From assembly GCA_012515515.1 (NCBI GenBank), contig JAAYYE010000012.1:48604-112603 (forward strand): a stretch of DNA of 64,000 bases, in the 5' to 3' direction. The stretch comes from Minisyncoccota bacterium (GTDB lineage: Bacteria; Patescibacteriota; Microgenomatia; UBA1400; PJMF01). The notes under the pieces are model-generated. The model was not told the DNA's origin, made no database searches, and saw nothing but the letters and a program-made list of their open reading frames with translations. Shown here piece by piece: positions 30,364-40,078 of the stretch; positions within the stretch are counted from its first letter, which is position 1; every line of letters begins with the position of its first letter. A program made the translations under genes and the position numbers.

Positions 30364-32778
30364 ATGCTGAATAAAAAACTTATTAGTAAAAGCCAAAAAA
30401 AGAAGATTGAGAGCCAGAAAATGAAGATTAAGAGCTCTTTTTTATATTGGCAAAAAAAAATCAAAAAAATTTTTTGGCAAAATAAAAAATGGCGCTTTAC
30501 TTGGATGGCTGCCTTGCTGCTCATCATCGCTGTATTAATCTATTTACTAAAAGATTTACCATCACCTACAAAATTAACTTCTTCAGAAAATTACGCTGTT
30601 AGTACGCAAATTTTTGATCGCAATGGTCAGTTGTTGTATGAGGTGTATGGAGACGAAAACCGCACTCCTGTTGATATTGAGTCTTTGCCCGATCATTTGT
30701 TACAAGCCACCATTGCCATTGAAGATAAAAATTTTTATCGACATCATGGTTTAGACATTCGGGGCTTAGTGAGAGCAGCCATCAATAATATCACTGGCGG
30801 CAACACTCAGGGCGGTTCTACAATCACCCAGCAATTGGTAAAAAATGCTTTATTAACTAAAGATAGAACTTTTGATAGAAAAATTAAAGAAGCCTTCTTA
30901 TCATTTTTAACCGAAATCATTTACAAAAAAGAAGACATTTTAGAAATGTATCTTAACTATATTCCTTATGGAGGCACAGCCGTTGGCGTTGAAGCAGCAG
31001 CCAATCAATATTTCAATAAATCAGCCAAAGATTTAACTATGGCTGAAAGTGCTTTATTAGCTGGATTACCAAAAGCACCTAGCACTTATTCGCCTTTTGG
31101 CGCTTATCCAGAAAAAGCTAAAATGAGACAAAAAGAGGTTTTGCGCCGAATGTCTGAAGACGGATACATCAATAAAGACAGATTGAATGAAGTTGAAAAT
31201 GAAACATTAACTTACGCCCTAAAAAAAACCGATATTAAAGCTCCTCATTTTGTCTTTTACATAATCGATTTGTTGCAAAAAGAATACGGTGAAGACACGG
31301 TTAAAACTGGCGGATTGCGCGTCACCACTACCCTCGATTTAGATTTACAAGAAGCGGCTCAAGCTTCTTTATCTGCCGAAATTAATAAGTTAAGTAATTT
31401 AAAAGTTAGTAACGGAGCGGCTTTGGTCACTAAACCAAACACTGGAGAAATCTTAGCAATGATTGGTAGCAAAAATTATTTTGACATGGATCATGATGGA
31501 CAAGTTAATGTAACTATTGCTTTCAGACAGCCTGGCTCATCAATTAAACCAATTATGTATGCCAGTGCTTTTCAGGAAAAGACACTGAATCCAGGCTCAA
31601 TGCTTTTAGACATCTCCACTTGTTTTAGAGTGACTGGTCAAAAGGATTATTGTCCAAAAAATTATAGTGGCGGATTTTCTGGTCCAGTCACGGTCAGAAA
31701 AGCTTTGGGCAATTCTCTGAATATCCCCGCAGTCAAAGCTTTAAGTACTATTGGCGTTGAAAAATTTATTAAACAAGCCAATAAAATGGGCATTACCAAC
31801 TGGGTTGATCCAAGTCAATATGGCTTATCTTTAACTCTGGGAGGCGGAGAAGTCAGAATGGTCGACATGGCAACTGCTTTTGCTGTGATAGCTAACCAAG
31901 GAGTTAAAGTGCCAAGCACAGCCATTTTAGAAGTAAAAAATTACAAAGGTGAAGTTTTGAGCAGTGCTGATTTGGAAACTCGCAAACAAACATTACTCCA
32001 CATGACTGAAAATGAAGAAATCACTGAAGAAATTGATTTAGAAAGAGTTATGCGGCGAGCGCCAGCCTATCTAACTGCCCACATCATGCAAGACAATAGC
32101 GCTCGCCTCATGGCCTTTGGTAGCAATAGCCAGCTAGTAATTAAAGATAAAGTAGTGAGTGCTAAAACTGGCACCACCAACGACCTAAAAGATAATTGGA
32201 CTGTCGGTTTTACTCCAGAATTTTTAAGCATTGTGTGGGTGGGTAATAATGACAATTCTTCGATGAGTTACTTGGCTTCTGGCATCACTGGTGCCGCACC
32301 AATTTGGAATGATATCATGAGCTATATTTTAGAAAATGAACAAATTATTTGGCCTGAGCGTCCAGCCGATGTAAAGATGGCCTATGTCTGTCAAACAGGC
32401 ATGCCAGCTGATCGTGGTTTGGGCAATAATCGTAACGATTGGATGAATAGAAACACTAGTGATTTAACGCTTAAATTCAACGAACAACAGCAAATTTATT
32501 TACAAGAAACTGACCCAGCGCAAACTTGCCAAGCTGGCGCACAAGAGCTTTATTGGGAAGAATCACTACCAAGCTATTCTGGTAGTTTCCAAAAAGAGTT
32601 TTGGATTCGTAAGGAAACTGGACTACCACCTGCCGTTGGCGAAGAAGCCGATGATTTGGTTTTAGAATTACATCAATTTTATTATGATCCAGTTACTAGC
32701 CTCTACTGTGCTGATTGTACTCGACCAATTGATGAAGAAACTGGCGAAACCATTTTTGAAAAAAATTATGTTAATTAG
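30364..32778 (+). CDS. Class A penicillin-binding protein (PBP1A family)
   Basis: EDKNFYRHHG, GGSTITQQ, SSIK, SLN and KTGT; start uncertain (30364 or 30421). Confidence 0.95.
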   Translation: MLNKKLISKSQKKKIESQKMKIKSSFLYWQKKIKKIFWQNKKWRFTWMAALLLIIAVLIYLLKDLPSPTKLTSSENYAVSTQIFDRNGQLLYEVYGDENRTPVDIESLPDHLLQATIAIEDKNFYRHHGLDIRGLVRAAINNITGGNTQGGSTITQQLVKNALLTKDRTFDRKIKEAFLSFLTEIIYKKEDILEMYLNYIPYGGTAVGVEAAANQYFNKSAKDLTMAESALLAGLPKAPSTYSPFGAYPEKAKMRQKEVLRRMSEDGYINKDRLNEVENETLTYALKKTDIKAPHFVFYIIDLLQKEYGEDTVKTGGLRVTTTLDLDLQEAAQASLSAEINKLSNLKVSNGAALVTKPNTGEILAMIGSKNYFDMDHDGQVNVTIAFRQPGSSIKPIMYASAFQEKTLNPGSMLLDISTCFRVTGQKDYCPKNYSGGFSGPVTVRKALGNSLNIPAVKALSTIGVEKFIKQANKMGITNWVDPSQYGLSLTLGGGEVRMVDMATAFAVIANQGVKVPSTAILEVKNYKGEVLSSADLETRKQTLLHMTENEEITEEIDLERVMRRAPAYLTAHIMQDNSARLMAFGSNSQLVIKDKVVSAKTGTTNDLKDNWTVGFTPEFLSIVWVGNNDNSSMSYLASGITGAAPIWNDIMSYILENEQIIWPERPADVKMAYVCQTGMPADRGLGNNRNDWMNRNTSDLTLKFNEQQQIYLQETDPAQTCQAGAQELYWEESLPSYSGSFQKEFWIRKETGLPPAVGEEADDLVLELHQFYYDPVTSLYCADCTRPIDEETGETIFEKNYVN

Positions 32779-32805
32779 TGAATTAGTTATTAACAATTAC
32801 ATGAG

Positions 32806-34068
32806 GTGACAAAAAAATTTAAATTTTTCTTCTTTTTTTTAAGTATCGTCGCTTCTGCTCTTATTCTTTATGCGGGCTTTAGGCTTTGGCAAAACAATTT
32901 AAAATCGCCAATTGGCGATAATTTTTCGTTTAAGAACGTGACAGATTGGTTCAAATTTAAAACAAACCATCAGCAAAAAATTGTTTATGGTTTTTTGCCT
33001 TATTGGAATTTAAATAAAATCAAAGTTCAAGATGAACTCACACATTTAAGCTATTTTGCTCTAGAGGTTGGCGCCGATGGGCAAATCGTCACCCACAGTC
33101 GACCTGGAGAAACTGAACCTGGTTACCGCCAGCTTAATAGTGATGAGTTTTTAAATTTGCTTGACAACAATCAATTTAAAAATGAATTGGTACTAAGTCA
33201 ATTTGACGCATCAACAATTAAACAGTTTTTAGACAACCAGCGGGCTTGGATTACCCTAATCGAACAAATCGACAGTTTATTGCTTGCCTACCCCTTCACG
33301 GGTATTAATCTTGATTTTGAATATCCAGGCGAGGTAAGTGATCAATTACGCCAACAATTTGTTAACTTAGTCATCAGTATTCATCAACATTTAGCAGCTC
33401 GTCAAGAAAAAATTAACTTAAGCATCGATGTTTATGCGAGCGCTGGCAATCAAAATAAAAAATTACTTTGGGACATTAAGCAGCTTGAACCCCATTTAGA
33501 TTACCTAATTGTGATGGCCTATGATTTCCATCGACAAAATTCGACCCAAGCTGGGCCAGGAGCACCTTTGCTCGGTGGACAAGAGCTATGGACAAGCGAT
33601 ATTAATACTTTAATGAAAGGCTTTTTCGAGCAAGTTCCTCGAGAAAAAATTTTGTTAGGGTTGCCATTTTATGGCTATGGCTGGCAAACCGATAGCATAG
33701 ACCCTCGAGCCAATACTTATCCAGGAACTGGTTTCACTGTTAGTTATCAAGAAGCTTTGGCACTCAAAAGTTTAAGTGGTCGTTGGGAAAATTGCCGCAA
33801 TTTGAATCTTTATTGGCAAGAAGAGGCGCTGTCGCCTTTTGCCACTTTAAACTGTCCCAAAGAAAATCCAGGAGGTAATGATAAAACCGAGAATGAAGAA
33901 GAGGCGGAATTACTTAATTATTTAGTTTATTTTGAAAATGCTCAATCTCTGCAATACAAAATAGATTATGCAAAACAATTAGACTTAGCTGGAATTGCTA
34001 TTTGGGCACTAGGATATGAGGGAGAAAGTCGAGATTTGTGGGAAGTGGTGAAGAGCTTGAATAATTAA
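32806..34068 (+). CDS. Membrane-anchored glycoside hydrolase family 18
   Basis: N-terminal TM; GFLPYW, GINLDFEY, VMAYDF, LGLPFYG and GIAIWALG motifs. Confidence 0.88.
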   Translation: MTKKFKFFFFFLSIVASALILYAGFRLWQNNLKSPIGDNFSFKNVTDWFKFKTNHQQKIVYGFLPYWNLNKIKVQDELTHLSYFALEVGADGQIVTHSRPGETEPGYRQLNSDEFLNLLDNNQFKNELVLSQFDASTIKQFLDNQRAWITLIEQIDSLLLAYPFTGINLDFEYPGEVSDQLRQQFVNLVISIHQHLAARQEKINLSIDVYASAGNQNKKLLWDIKQLEPHLDYLIVMAYDFHRQNSTQAGPGAPLLGGQELWTSDINTLMKGFFEQVPREKILLGLPFYGYGWQTDSIDPRANTYPGTGFTVSYQEALALKSLSGRWENCRNLNLYWQEEALSPFATLNCPKENPGGNDKTENEEEAELLNYLVYFENAQSLQYKIDYAKQLDLAGIAIWALGYEGESRDLWEVVKSLNN

Positions 34069-34080
34069 ATGAGGAGAAAA

Positions 34081-36105
34081 TTAAAAATCTTTGCTAAATT
34101 GCTTCGCTAAGAAGAAAGACCAGGTTCCCGTAGCTACAAAAAACAAGCCTATTACCAATAAACTTAAGGTGTTAAATGTTGAGCCCGCATTATAGGTACC
34201 ACTTTGGGTAGAAACCACAGTTTCTCTAATACTGGCTGTTGCTTCTTCAATAGGTTCGACTGTGGGAACGGGAGTTGGCGTTACATCTTTAACTGGTAAA
34301 TAAGGATCGCCAGTGCCATGAGGCAAGTCTGAGCCTGTTTGAGCGCTAGCAATAGGTCTCGTTTCATTTTCAATATTACTGCCAGGAGGAGAAACTGTAA
34401 AATTATAGCTTTTAGACACTTCTTGACCGGTTCCTGGATCGATGTAGGTATAATTAATGCTGTGCTCTCCAGGGCTTAAGTTCTTTTTTAAACTGGCTAT
34501 ATCGACCTCAACATTGCCATCGGCATCTGTTTCTACAATGGTTTCAATGGCAGTGTCTGAATGAATCTCGATTTTAACAGTGACATTGGGTGGTAAATTA
34601 GCCTTAATGATTGGCTGGGTGCTTGTTATAACATTATCTTGAGCTGTGCTAGCTTCATCAACTTCGTTTAAATCTAGTATTCGCTGACTATCAGCCAAAG
34701 CTGTTATCTCCTCCTCACCCCATTCATTCTCTAATTGGTTGTTTTGTGCTAAATTGGCATCAGTGCTTGCTTCTTCTTGGATAACTTCGTGTGTTTCCAG
34801 CTCTTCACTATCAACAGAATTTTCGCTACTTTCAAACTCCTCAGCCAACAATTCTTCTCTGGTGGTTAATGATTCTTCGCTAGCCTCCTGACCAACAATA
34901 ATTTCTGGCACCGGTTGAGCGCCAGCCACATTCACCACTCTATTAGAGACTGAATTTAAATCAATTCCTTGAACTTTGATTGATAAAACAGTATCTTCAC
35001 TTACTTGTGGGTAAGCATTAAGACTTAAATTAAAAGCATTGGCTAAAGACACTGCCCAACTTCCAGAGGATTTAACAATAGTTGATAAAGCGCCAGCTCC
35101 CTCAGGAGTAACAAAGACAATTGCCCCCTCTCCAGGCTGACCACTTATCTGACCAACTGTTCCATAGATTGTTTGATTATTTGGAGAAGCATTGCTTAAA
35201 CTACTTGCGGTTGTGATTTGATAAGGAGCACCATTGTTATCAAAACTTGAATTGCTGCCAGTGCTTAAATTGTAATAGTAGCTTGTATTTGGCTCTAAAC
35301 CTCTGACTGTAATATGGTGTAAACGATACGGCTTAATTACACCAGACAACTGATCACGATCATCACTAGCCTGTTGTTTTATATCATTAGCGCTTGGACC
35401 ATATTTAACAGAAGCAATAATCTCTTCATCAGTATAAAAAGAAACTGTAAAGGCTTTGTCTGTGACATTGCTGACAACAATATTTTGCGGAGTTGTGGCT
35501 GGTGTCGCTCTCGGAGCAAACAGCCCGGTGCCATTTCCAAACAAGAGCACTCCCGCCACCATGGAAACAATTAAAATCAGTAAACCCAAAAGTGTTGGGA
35601 TTTTTTTCTTAACTGTTTTATTATCTGTTTTTTTATCTGTTTTTCCGCCTGAAATTTTCCATTTTTTTGAGGGTTTTTCTTTAGCTTTTTTGCCAATTTC
35701 TTCAGTTGGTACAACTTTATCTTTATTTGAATTTGCTTTTGGCATTGTCTTTGCGGGTGAGCTTGGAGCAACGCTTGGAGTTGGAGTTTGAACTGGGGCT
35801 GGAATTGGAGCTACAGCTTGAGCTGGGACTACAACCTTGCCTGCAGCTGATGTTGGACTGGTAGCTGATGCTACACCTGGCGGAGAGGAACCCGCTGGAG
35901 CGACTACTTTTGGAGTTGCGCTCGGCAATTTTACTTGTTTTGTTAGATTAATTTGCGCGGGATTGGCTTTTTGAGTATTAACCAACGGATTTGGCATTTT
36001 TACAGGGGTATTGGTTTGAGCAGTTGCGGATTGAGGAGGCACCGGCTTTGGCAAATTTAAACCTAGTTGAGGATTAGTTGGTTGATTTTGATTTAAAATT
36101 TGCAT
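34081..36105 (-). CDS. Surface protein with Pro-rich N-tail, FN3 and Ig-like domains and C-terminal TM
   Basis: TM at about aa 170-190, FN3 signature (SNVTD...HHITVRGLEPNTSYYY), acidic linker, PT stalk and C-terminal hydrophobic anchor. Confidence 0.75.
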   Translation of the reverse strand: MQILNQNQPTNPQLGLNLPKPVPPQSATAQTNTPVKMPNPLVNTQKANPAQINLTKQVKLPSATPKVVAPAGSSPPGVASATSPTSAAGKVVVPAQAVAPIPAPVQTPTPSVAPSSPAKTMPKANSNKDKVVPTEEIGKKAKEKPSKKWKISGGKTDKKTDNKTVKKKIPTLLGLLILIVSMVAGVLLFGNGTGLFAPRATPATTPQNIVVSNVTDKAFTVSFYTDEEIIASVKYGPSANDIKQQASDDRDQLSGVIKPYRLHHITVRGLEPNTSYYYNLSTGSNSSFDNNGAPYQITTASSLSNASPNNQTIYGTVGQISGQPGEGAIVFVTPEGAGALSTIVKSSGSWAVSLANAFNLSLNAYPQVSEDTVLSIKVQGIDLNSVSNRVVNVAGAQPVPEIIVGQEASEESLTTREELLAEEFESSENSVDSEELETHEVIQEEASTDANLAQNNQLENEWGEEEITALADSQRILDLNEVDEASTAQDNVITSTQPIIKANLPPNVTVKIEIHSDTAIETIVETDADGNVEVDIASLKKNLSPGEHSINYTYIDPGTGQEVSKSYNFTVSPPGSNIENETRPIASAQTGSDLPHGTGDPYLPVKDVTPTPVPTVEPIEEATASIRETVVSTQSGTYNAGSTFNTLSLLVIGLFFVATGTWSFFLAKQFSKDF

Positions 36106-36233
36106 ACCAATAACAAGACAGTCAAAGTGTCTTGTTTTACTCTATACGAATTGAAAATAGATCACAAGGCGAAAAAAAACCAAACATTGCTTGAAAAGCA
36201 AATAACAGTCCTAAGAGGCCATGTGATCTAAAA

Positions 36234-36716
36234 TTAGTATTCGGCAAAATTATTTTCTTCGATAATTTCTTCTGCAGCTTCATCTGCCACTTCAGCTTCA
36301 TATTCAAATTCATCCGCAACTTCCGCTTCATATTCGGCTTCATCTTCAACTACATTTTCACCTTCGCCTTCATTATTTATTGATAAATCAGTGATATTCG
36401 TTAAAACACCTTCTTCCTTACTCTTAGCATCGCCAAACTTAAAATAGACAAAAATGGGAAAGGACTCTAATTCTTCATCGCTTACTAGTCGTTTTTCTTC
36501 AATTAGTGAGAAAACGTCGGTTTCTAAGCGAGGAACTAGTGGTTTAGCAATTGCTGTTAAATGTGAATCAATTTGCACTTTTTTTTGAGAAGTGAAAATA
36601 CTAATGGCAGTCCAAAGCAAAATCAGCACTAAAAACAAAACGCCAACCCATAGAATGCTTTTTTGACGACGCAAGCGATTCAACTCTTGTTTTAGTCTGG
36701 CTTTTTCTTTATTCAT
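36234..36716 (-). CDS. Hypothetical membrane protein following pilO, with acidic repeat tail
   Basis: TM at about aa 21-41; EYEAEVADE repeats; overlaps the pilO stop. Confidence 0.65.
   Translation of the reverse strand: MNKEKARLKQELNRLRRQKSILWVGVLFLVLILLWTAISIFTSQKKVQIDSHLTAIAKPLVPRLETDVFSLIEEKRLVSDEELESFPIFVYFKFGDAKSKEEGVLTNITDLSINNEGEGENVVEDEAEYEAEVADEFEYEAEVADEAAEEIIEENNFAEY
36279..36345 (-). repeat. 30-bp in-frame coding repeat (DE.EYEAEVA)
   Basis: DEAEYEAEVA-DEFEYEAEVA-DEA in the translation. Confidence 0.75.
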
Positions 36717-37348
36717 TCTTTATCCAAAGTTGAACTTAATAAATAATGCGGCAAAGAAACTTTTAATTGAGCTGCTAAATTATCAGACTCTGTCATCTTT
36801 TCTATTAAAACCTGATCAACCACCACCACTTGTCGTAAATTCATAATTTTTTCAATAAATTCTCTAATGTCTATATAAGAGCCAATAACACCTACATTTA
36901 TGCTTAAAAATTCACGCTGATAATCCCCAAAATCGCCACTTAGCAGTTCAGTTTCAACTGTTTCTGGCACTTTTTGAACACTCATTCGGTCAATCGCAAA
37001 TTCTCCCTCTCCTGCTAATTTTTCAATTTTTTTCAAGGATTTAACTAAATCTAGTTGTCTAGGAATTGCCTCATCTAATAAATAAAATTGAGGTTGATAA
37101 AGATCATATTGTTCCTGAGCTGAGGCTAAGCTGGCTAATTTTAGATCCAGCTGTTTATTAATCTCTTTTTTATCAGCAATTTCTTTAACCAAGTCAGCCA
37201 TAGTAATTAAAGTCGGACGTATAGCGAAAAGAGCAAAAAAAATGACGACTATTACTGATAAAATTAATTCAATTGATACTCTGGCTACCGGTTTTTGATA
37301 GAAATCCATTAAAACTGTTGCTAATTGTTCTTGTTTGCTTTTTGCCAT
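36713..37348 (-). CDS. pilO: Type IV pilus assembly protein PilO
   Basis: TM, coiled coil, LDEAIP and GSY..IREFIEKI.NLRQ motifs; follows pilN. Confidence 0.75.
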   Translation of the reverse strand: MAKSKQEQLATVLMDFYQKPVARVSIELILSVIVVIFFALFAIRPTLITMADLVKEIADKKEINKQLDLKLASLASAQEQYDLYQPQFYLLDEAIPRQLDLVKSLKKIEKLAGEGEFAIDRMSVQKVPETVETELLSGDFGDYQREFLSINVGVIGSYIDIREFIEKIMNLRQVVVVDQVLIEKMTESDNLAAQLKVSLPHYLLSSTLDKE

Positions 37349-37357
37349 AACTTTTAA

Positions 37358-37957
37358 TTATTTATTCGTTTGTTCGCTAGATTTATTGTTTGCGACAATT
37401 TTTGCCTGCATATCAAACATTAAGCCTGGTAAATCCTCACCTCTAGATTCAATGCTACCTATGCTCACCTCTTCGAAGTGTGGCGATAATTGCACATTTC
37501 TAACTAAAATATCAAAAGCTGTTTGAGATAGGGCTATGCCTGAAAATACCACTTCGCTGGGTTTAATTGTCAACTCATCCAAGATAACATTGCTTGGAAT
37601 TGTTTCGTTTAATAGCGGAAAAATTTCTACTAAATTGGCTTCTTGCTGCAGCTGCTTGATATCGGTCATTTGAGCTTGAACAAACAGGAAGCGTTTTTCT
37701 AGATCGCCATAAGATTCTATAGCCATTTTTTGTTGACTTATAGCTGAATTTAGATCTGTTACTTGCCGATCTAAAACAAAACGGGTTAAAAAACTAATAA
37801 TTACCACTAATTGAGTAAAAATTACGATATAACGCCCTATAGAGACAGTCCACTTTAGAGATCGACCGATGGCTGTTTCAAAAAAAGGATCCTTGGGTAT
37901 TAAGTTGACATCTAAAACAACCGCAGTTCCTTTTTGCTTTTTTCTAGCTTTGGGCAT
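37358..37957 (-). CDS. pilN: Type IV pilus assembly protein PilN
   Basis: VNLIP PilM-binding motif, TM, coiled coil, IPSNV.L..L and SPHFEEV. Confidence 0.8.
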   Translation of the reverse strand: MPKARKKQKGTAVVLDVNLIPKDPFFETAIGRSLKWTVSIGRYIVIFTQLVVIISFLTRFVLDRQVTDLNSAISQQKMAIESYGDLEKRFLFVQAQMTDIKQLQQEANLVEIFPLLNETIPSNVILDELTIKPSEVVFSGIALSQTAFDILVRNVQLSPHFEEVSIGSIESRGEDLPGLMFDMQAKIVANNKSSEQTNK

Positions 37958-38016
37958 TAATCCTATTGTAAATTAATTAAAGAGAGAATAAAAGAGCTTC
38001 TTCCTTGAGTAATCAA

Positions 38017-39705
38017 CTATTTACCCAATTCACCATCGATTGAGCTATCTAAAAGCACCTCTTCAGAATCACTAAAAACCGATTGCCATTTACCAAACTT
38101 AGCAATTAAACTATTGAAGTATTTCAATTCTTTAACATCAAACAAAATAGAGAAATAAATATAGGCCAACAAAGCAATAGTGCCTGTCGATACTGTCAAG
38201 GCTATTAAATCAACAGTTCTAGTGGTATCGAAAACAACTTCGTCGAGAATCTTAAAGGGTAAATATAAAAAGACAGCCATAAAAAAACTAGCCAAGAGTA
38301 TCTTTAACTGTGGTAAAAAGAAATCTTTAAAATTAAAGCATTTAATTTTTTTATGCAACAATATTAACATCAACAATAGCTCAACAAATGCGGTCAGGGT
38401 AATCGCGATGCCAATGGCATATACACCCCAATTAAAAACATAAATTCCCAGAATGTTAACAATTATGTAAGTTGCCATGGAGATCATTGACACTAAAAAC
38501 GGAGAATGACTATCCTTTAAGGCATAAAAACTACGCACTAAGAGTTGCACCATGGCTTGAGCGGTGATGGAAATAGCTATCAAGGCAACAATTTTGCCCG
38601 TGGTAACAGTAGTTTGCCAGGGGAAGTTGGCTGTTCCAAATATTAAGCGCACTGCCGGAACACGTAAAATTAATAAAAGCACCGAGGCCGGCATGGCTAG
38701 AAAAGAAATTTGATTGAGAGACTGAATTAGCAACTTATTAAATTTTTGCCTATTCTCCTCTGATGATTCTTCAGATAAAAAAGGAAATGATGCCTGACTA
38801 ATTGGCACACCAAAAAAACGAATTGGCAAGGTCATTAAACGCCGAGCTAAAGTAATAATCACAAAACTTAAATCTCCAACGCTAGTCGCAAAAAAACCTA
38901 AGGCTAAATTTTGTACTTCACTGATGCCCACGGTTAATAATCGAGGAGGCATCATTTTAAATAGTTTTTTAACACCTGCAAAACGAATATTAAGCAGAGG
39001 TTTCCAGCGATAACCTGTTTTCAGCACGAGGGGGAGCTGAACTAAAAAATGTAAAGCAGCTCCGATCACCACTCCTAAACCCGCTGCATAAATTCCTAAG
39101 TATTTAGCTAAAAATACTGAGCTTAAGATAATTCCCAGATTATAAACAAGAGGGGCTAGCGCAGGAACAATAAAACGCTGATAAGCCTGCAAAATACCTG
39201 TTAAAAAATTAGAAATGGCAAAGAAAAATTGAGCAAATAACATTATTCTGGTTAAATTGACAGCAGTGTCGATTTGCTCAGGAGTAAACTCAACTCCAGT
39301 GCGAGCCATGGTAATGGGACGAGCAAAAATGAAAGCAATAACGGAAAAAATGGCAAAAATTAATAAGACTAAGTTCATCACTATCGATGTAAATTGAAAA
39401 GCTTTCTGCTCGTTTTTTTTCTTTAATTCTGCAAATAAAGGAATAAAAGCAGCTGAGAGAGCTCCCAAAACAATGAGCTGAAACAATAGATCTGGGATTT
39501 GAAAAGCAATTTGAAAAGCCTCATAGGCTTGTTGACTGGCTAACTCATTAAAAAACAGCTTAATTAAAACTCTTTCTCTCAATAAACCCAACAATGAAGA
39601 AGAAATATTAGCCACAGTAATAATAAATGCTGCAGACAAAATAGAGTTTTGTTTTTTAGCTAACCAGTGAGAGTTGCTTTGAAAAAGTTTATTAAAAGAA
39701 ATCAT
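38017..39705 (-). CDS. murJ: Lipid II flippase MurJ (MviN)
   Basis: GLLRE, AFQIPD, GALSAAFIP, APLVYN and RSFYALKD motifs; about 14 TMs. Confidence 0.93.
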   Translation of the reverse strand: MISFNKLFQSNSHWLAKKQNSILSAAFIITVANISSSLLGLLRERVLIKLFFNELASQQAYEAFQIAFQIPDLLFQLIVLGALSAAFIPLFAELKKKNEQKAFQFTSIVMNLVLLIFAIFSVIAFIFARPITMARTGVEFTPEQIDTAVNLTRIMLFAQFFFAISNFLTGILQAYQRFIVPALAPLVYNLGIILSSVFLAKYLGIYAAGLGVVIGAALHFLVQLPLVLKTGYRWKPLLNIRFAGVKKLFKMMPPRLLTVGISEVQNLALGFFATSVGDLSFVIITLARRLMTLPIRFFGVPISQASFPFLSEESSEENRQKFNKLLIQSLNQISFLAMPASVLLLILRVPAVRLIFGTANFPWQTTVTTGKIVALIAISITAQAMVQLLVRSFYALKDSHSPFLVSMISMATYIIVNILGIYVFNWGVYAIGIAITLTAFVELLLMLILLHKKIKCFNFKDFFLPQLKILLASFFMAVFLYLPFKILDEVVFDTTRTVDLIALTVSTGTIALLAYIYFSILFDVKELKYFNSLIAKFGKWQSVFSDSEEVLLDSSIDGELGK

Positions 39706-39776
39706 GGCTAAAGCTAATTATAGAGAAAATAAAGAAAAAATAAATCTAAGAATTAATTTGCTCAACTTGTGGGATC

Positions 39777-39805
39777 TTGTATGATAGTCTTTTTTCTTGT
39801 ATAAT
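39777..39805 (+). promoter_or_regulatory. Promoter for rpsT-lepA
   Basis: TTGTAT-17 nt-TATAAT; AAGGA RBS downstream. Confidence 0.65.
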
Positions 39806-39836
39806 CGCCTCTTGTTAAATTGAAAAGGAAATAACA

Positions 39837-40073
39837 ATGCCAATTTTAAAAGGCGCTAAAAAAGCACTCAGAGTTAGTAAGAAAAAAAACCTCATTAATC
39901 GTAGACTGAAATCGCAAATGAAAACAGCTATTGATCAGGTCAAAAAAGAAATTAATCCAAAAAACGTATCTTTGGCTAGTAGCAAAATCGATCGAGCTGT
40001 GAAAAAAAATATTATCCATAAAAATAAAGCAGCTCGCGTCAAATCTCAACTTGCTAAGCTTAAAAGCAAATAA
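39837..40073 (+). CDS. rpsT: 30S ribosomal protein S20
   Basis: AKKALR and IDRAVKKNIIHKNKAARVKS. Confidence 0.97.
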   Translation: MPILKGAKKALRVSKKKNLINRRLKSQMKTAIDQVKKEINPKNVSLASSKIDRAVKKNIIHKNKAARVKSQLAKLKSK

Positions 40074-40078
40074 AGACC

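Noticed and set aside
36137-36349. 70-aa repeat-like ORF (MKMKPNMKRKL...)
   Set aside because: Alternative frame of the 30-bp acidic repeat in the 36234-36716 gene
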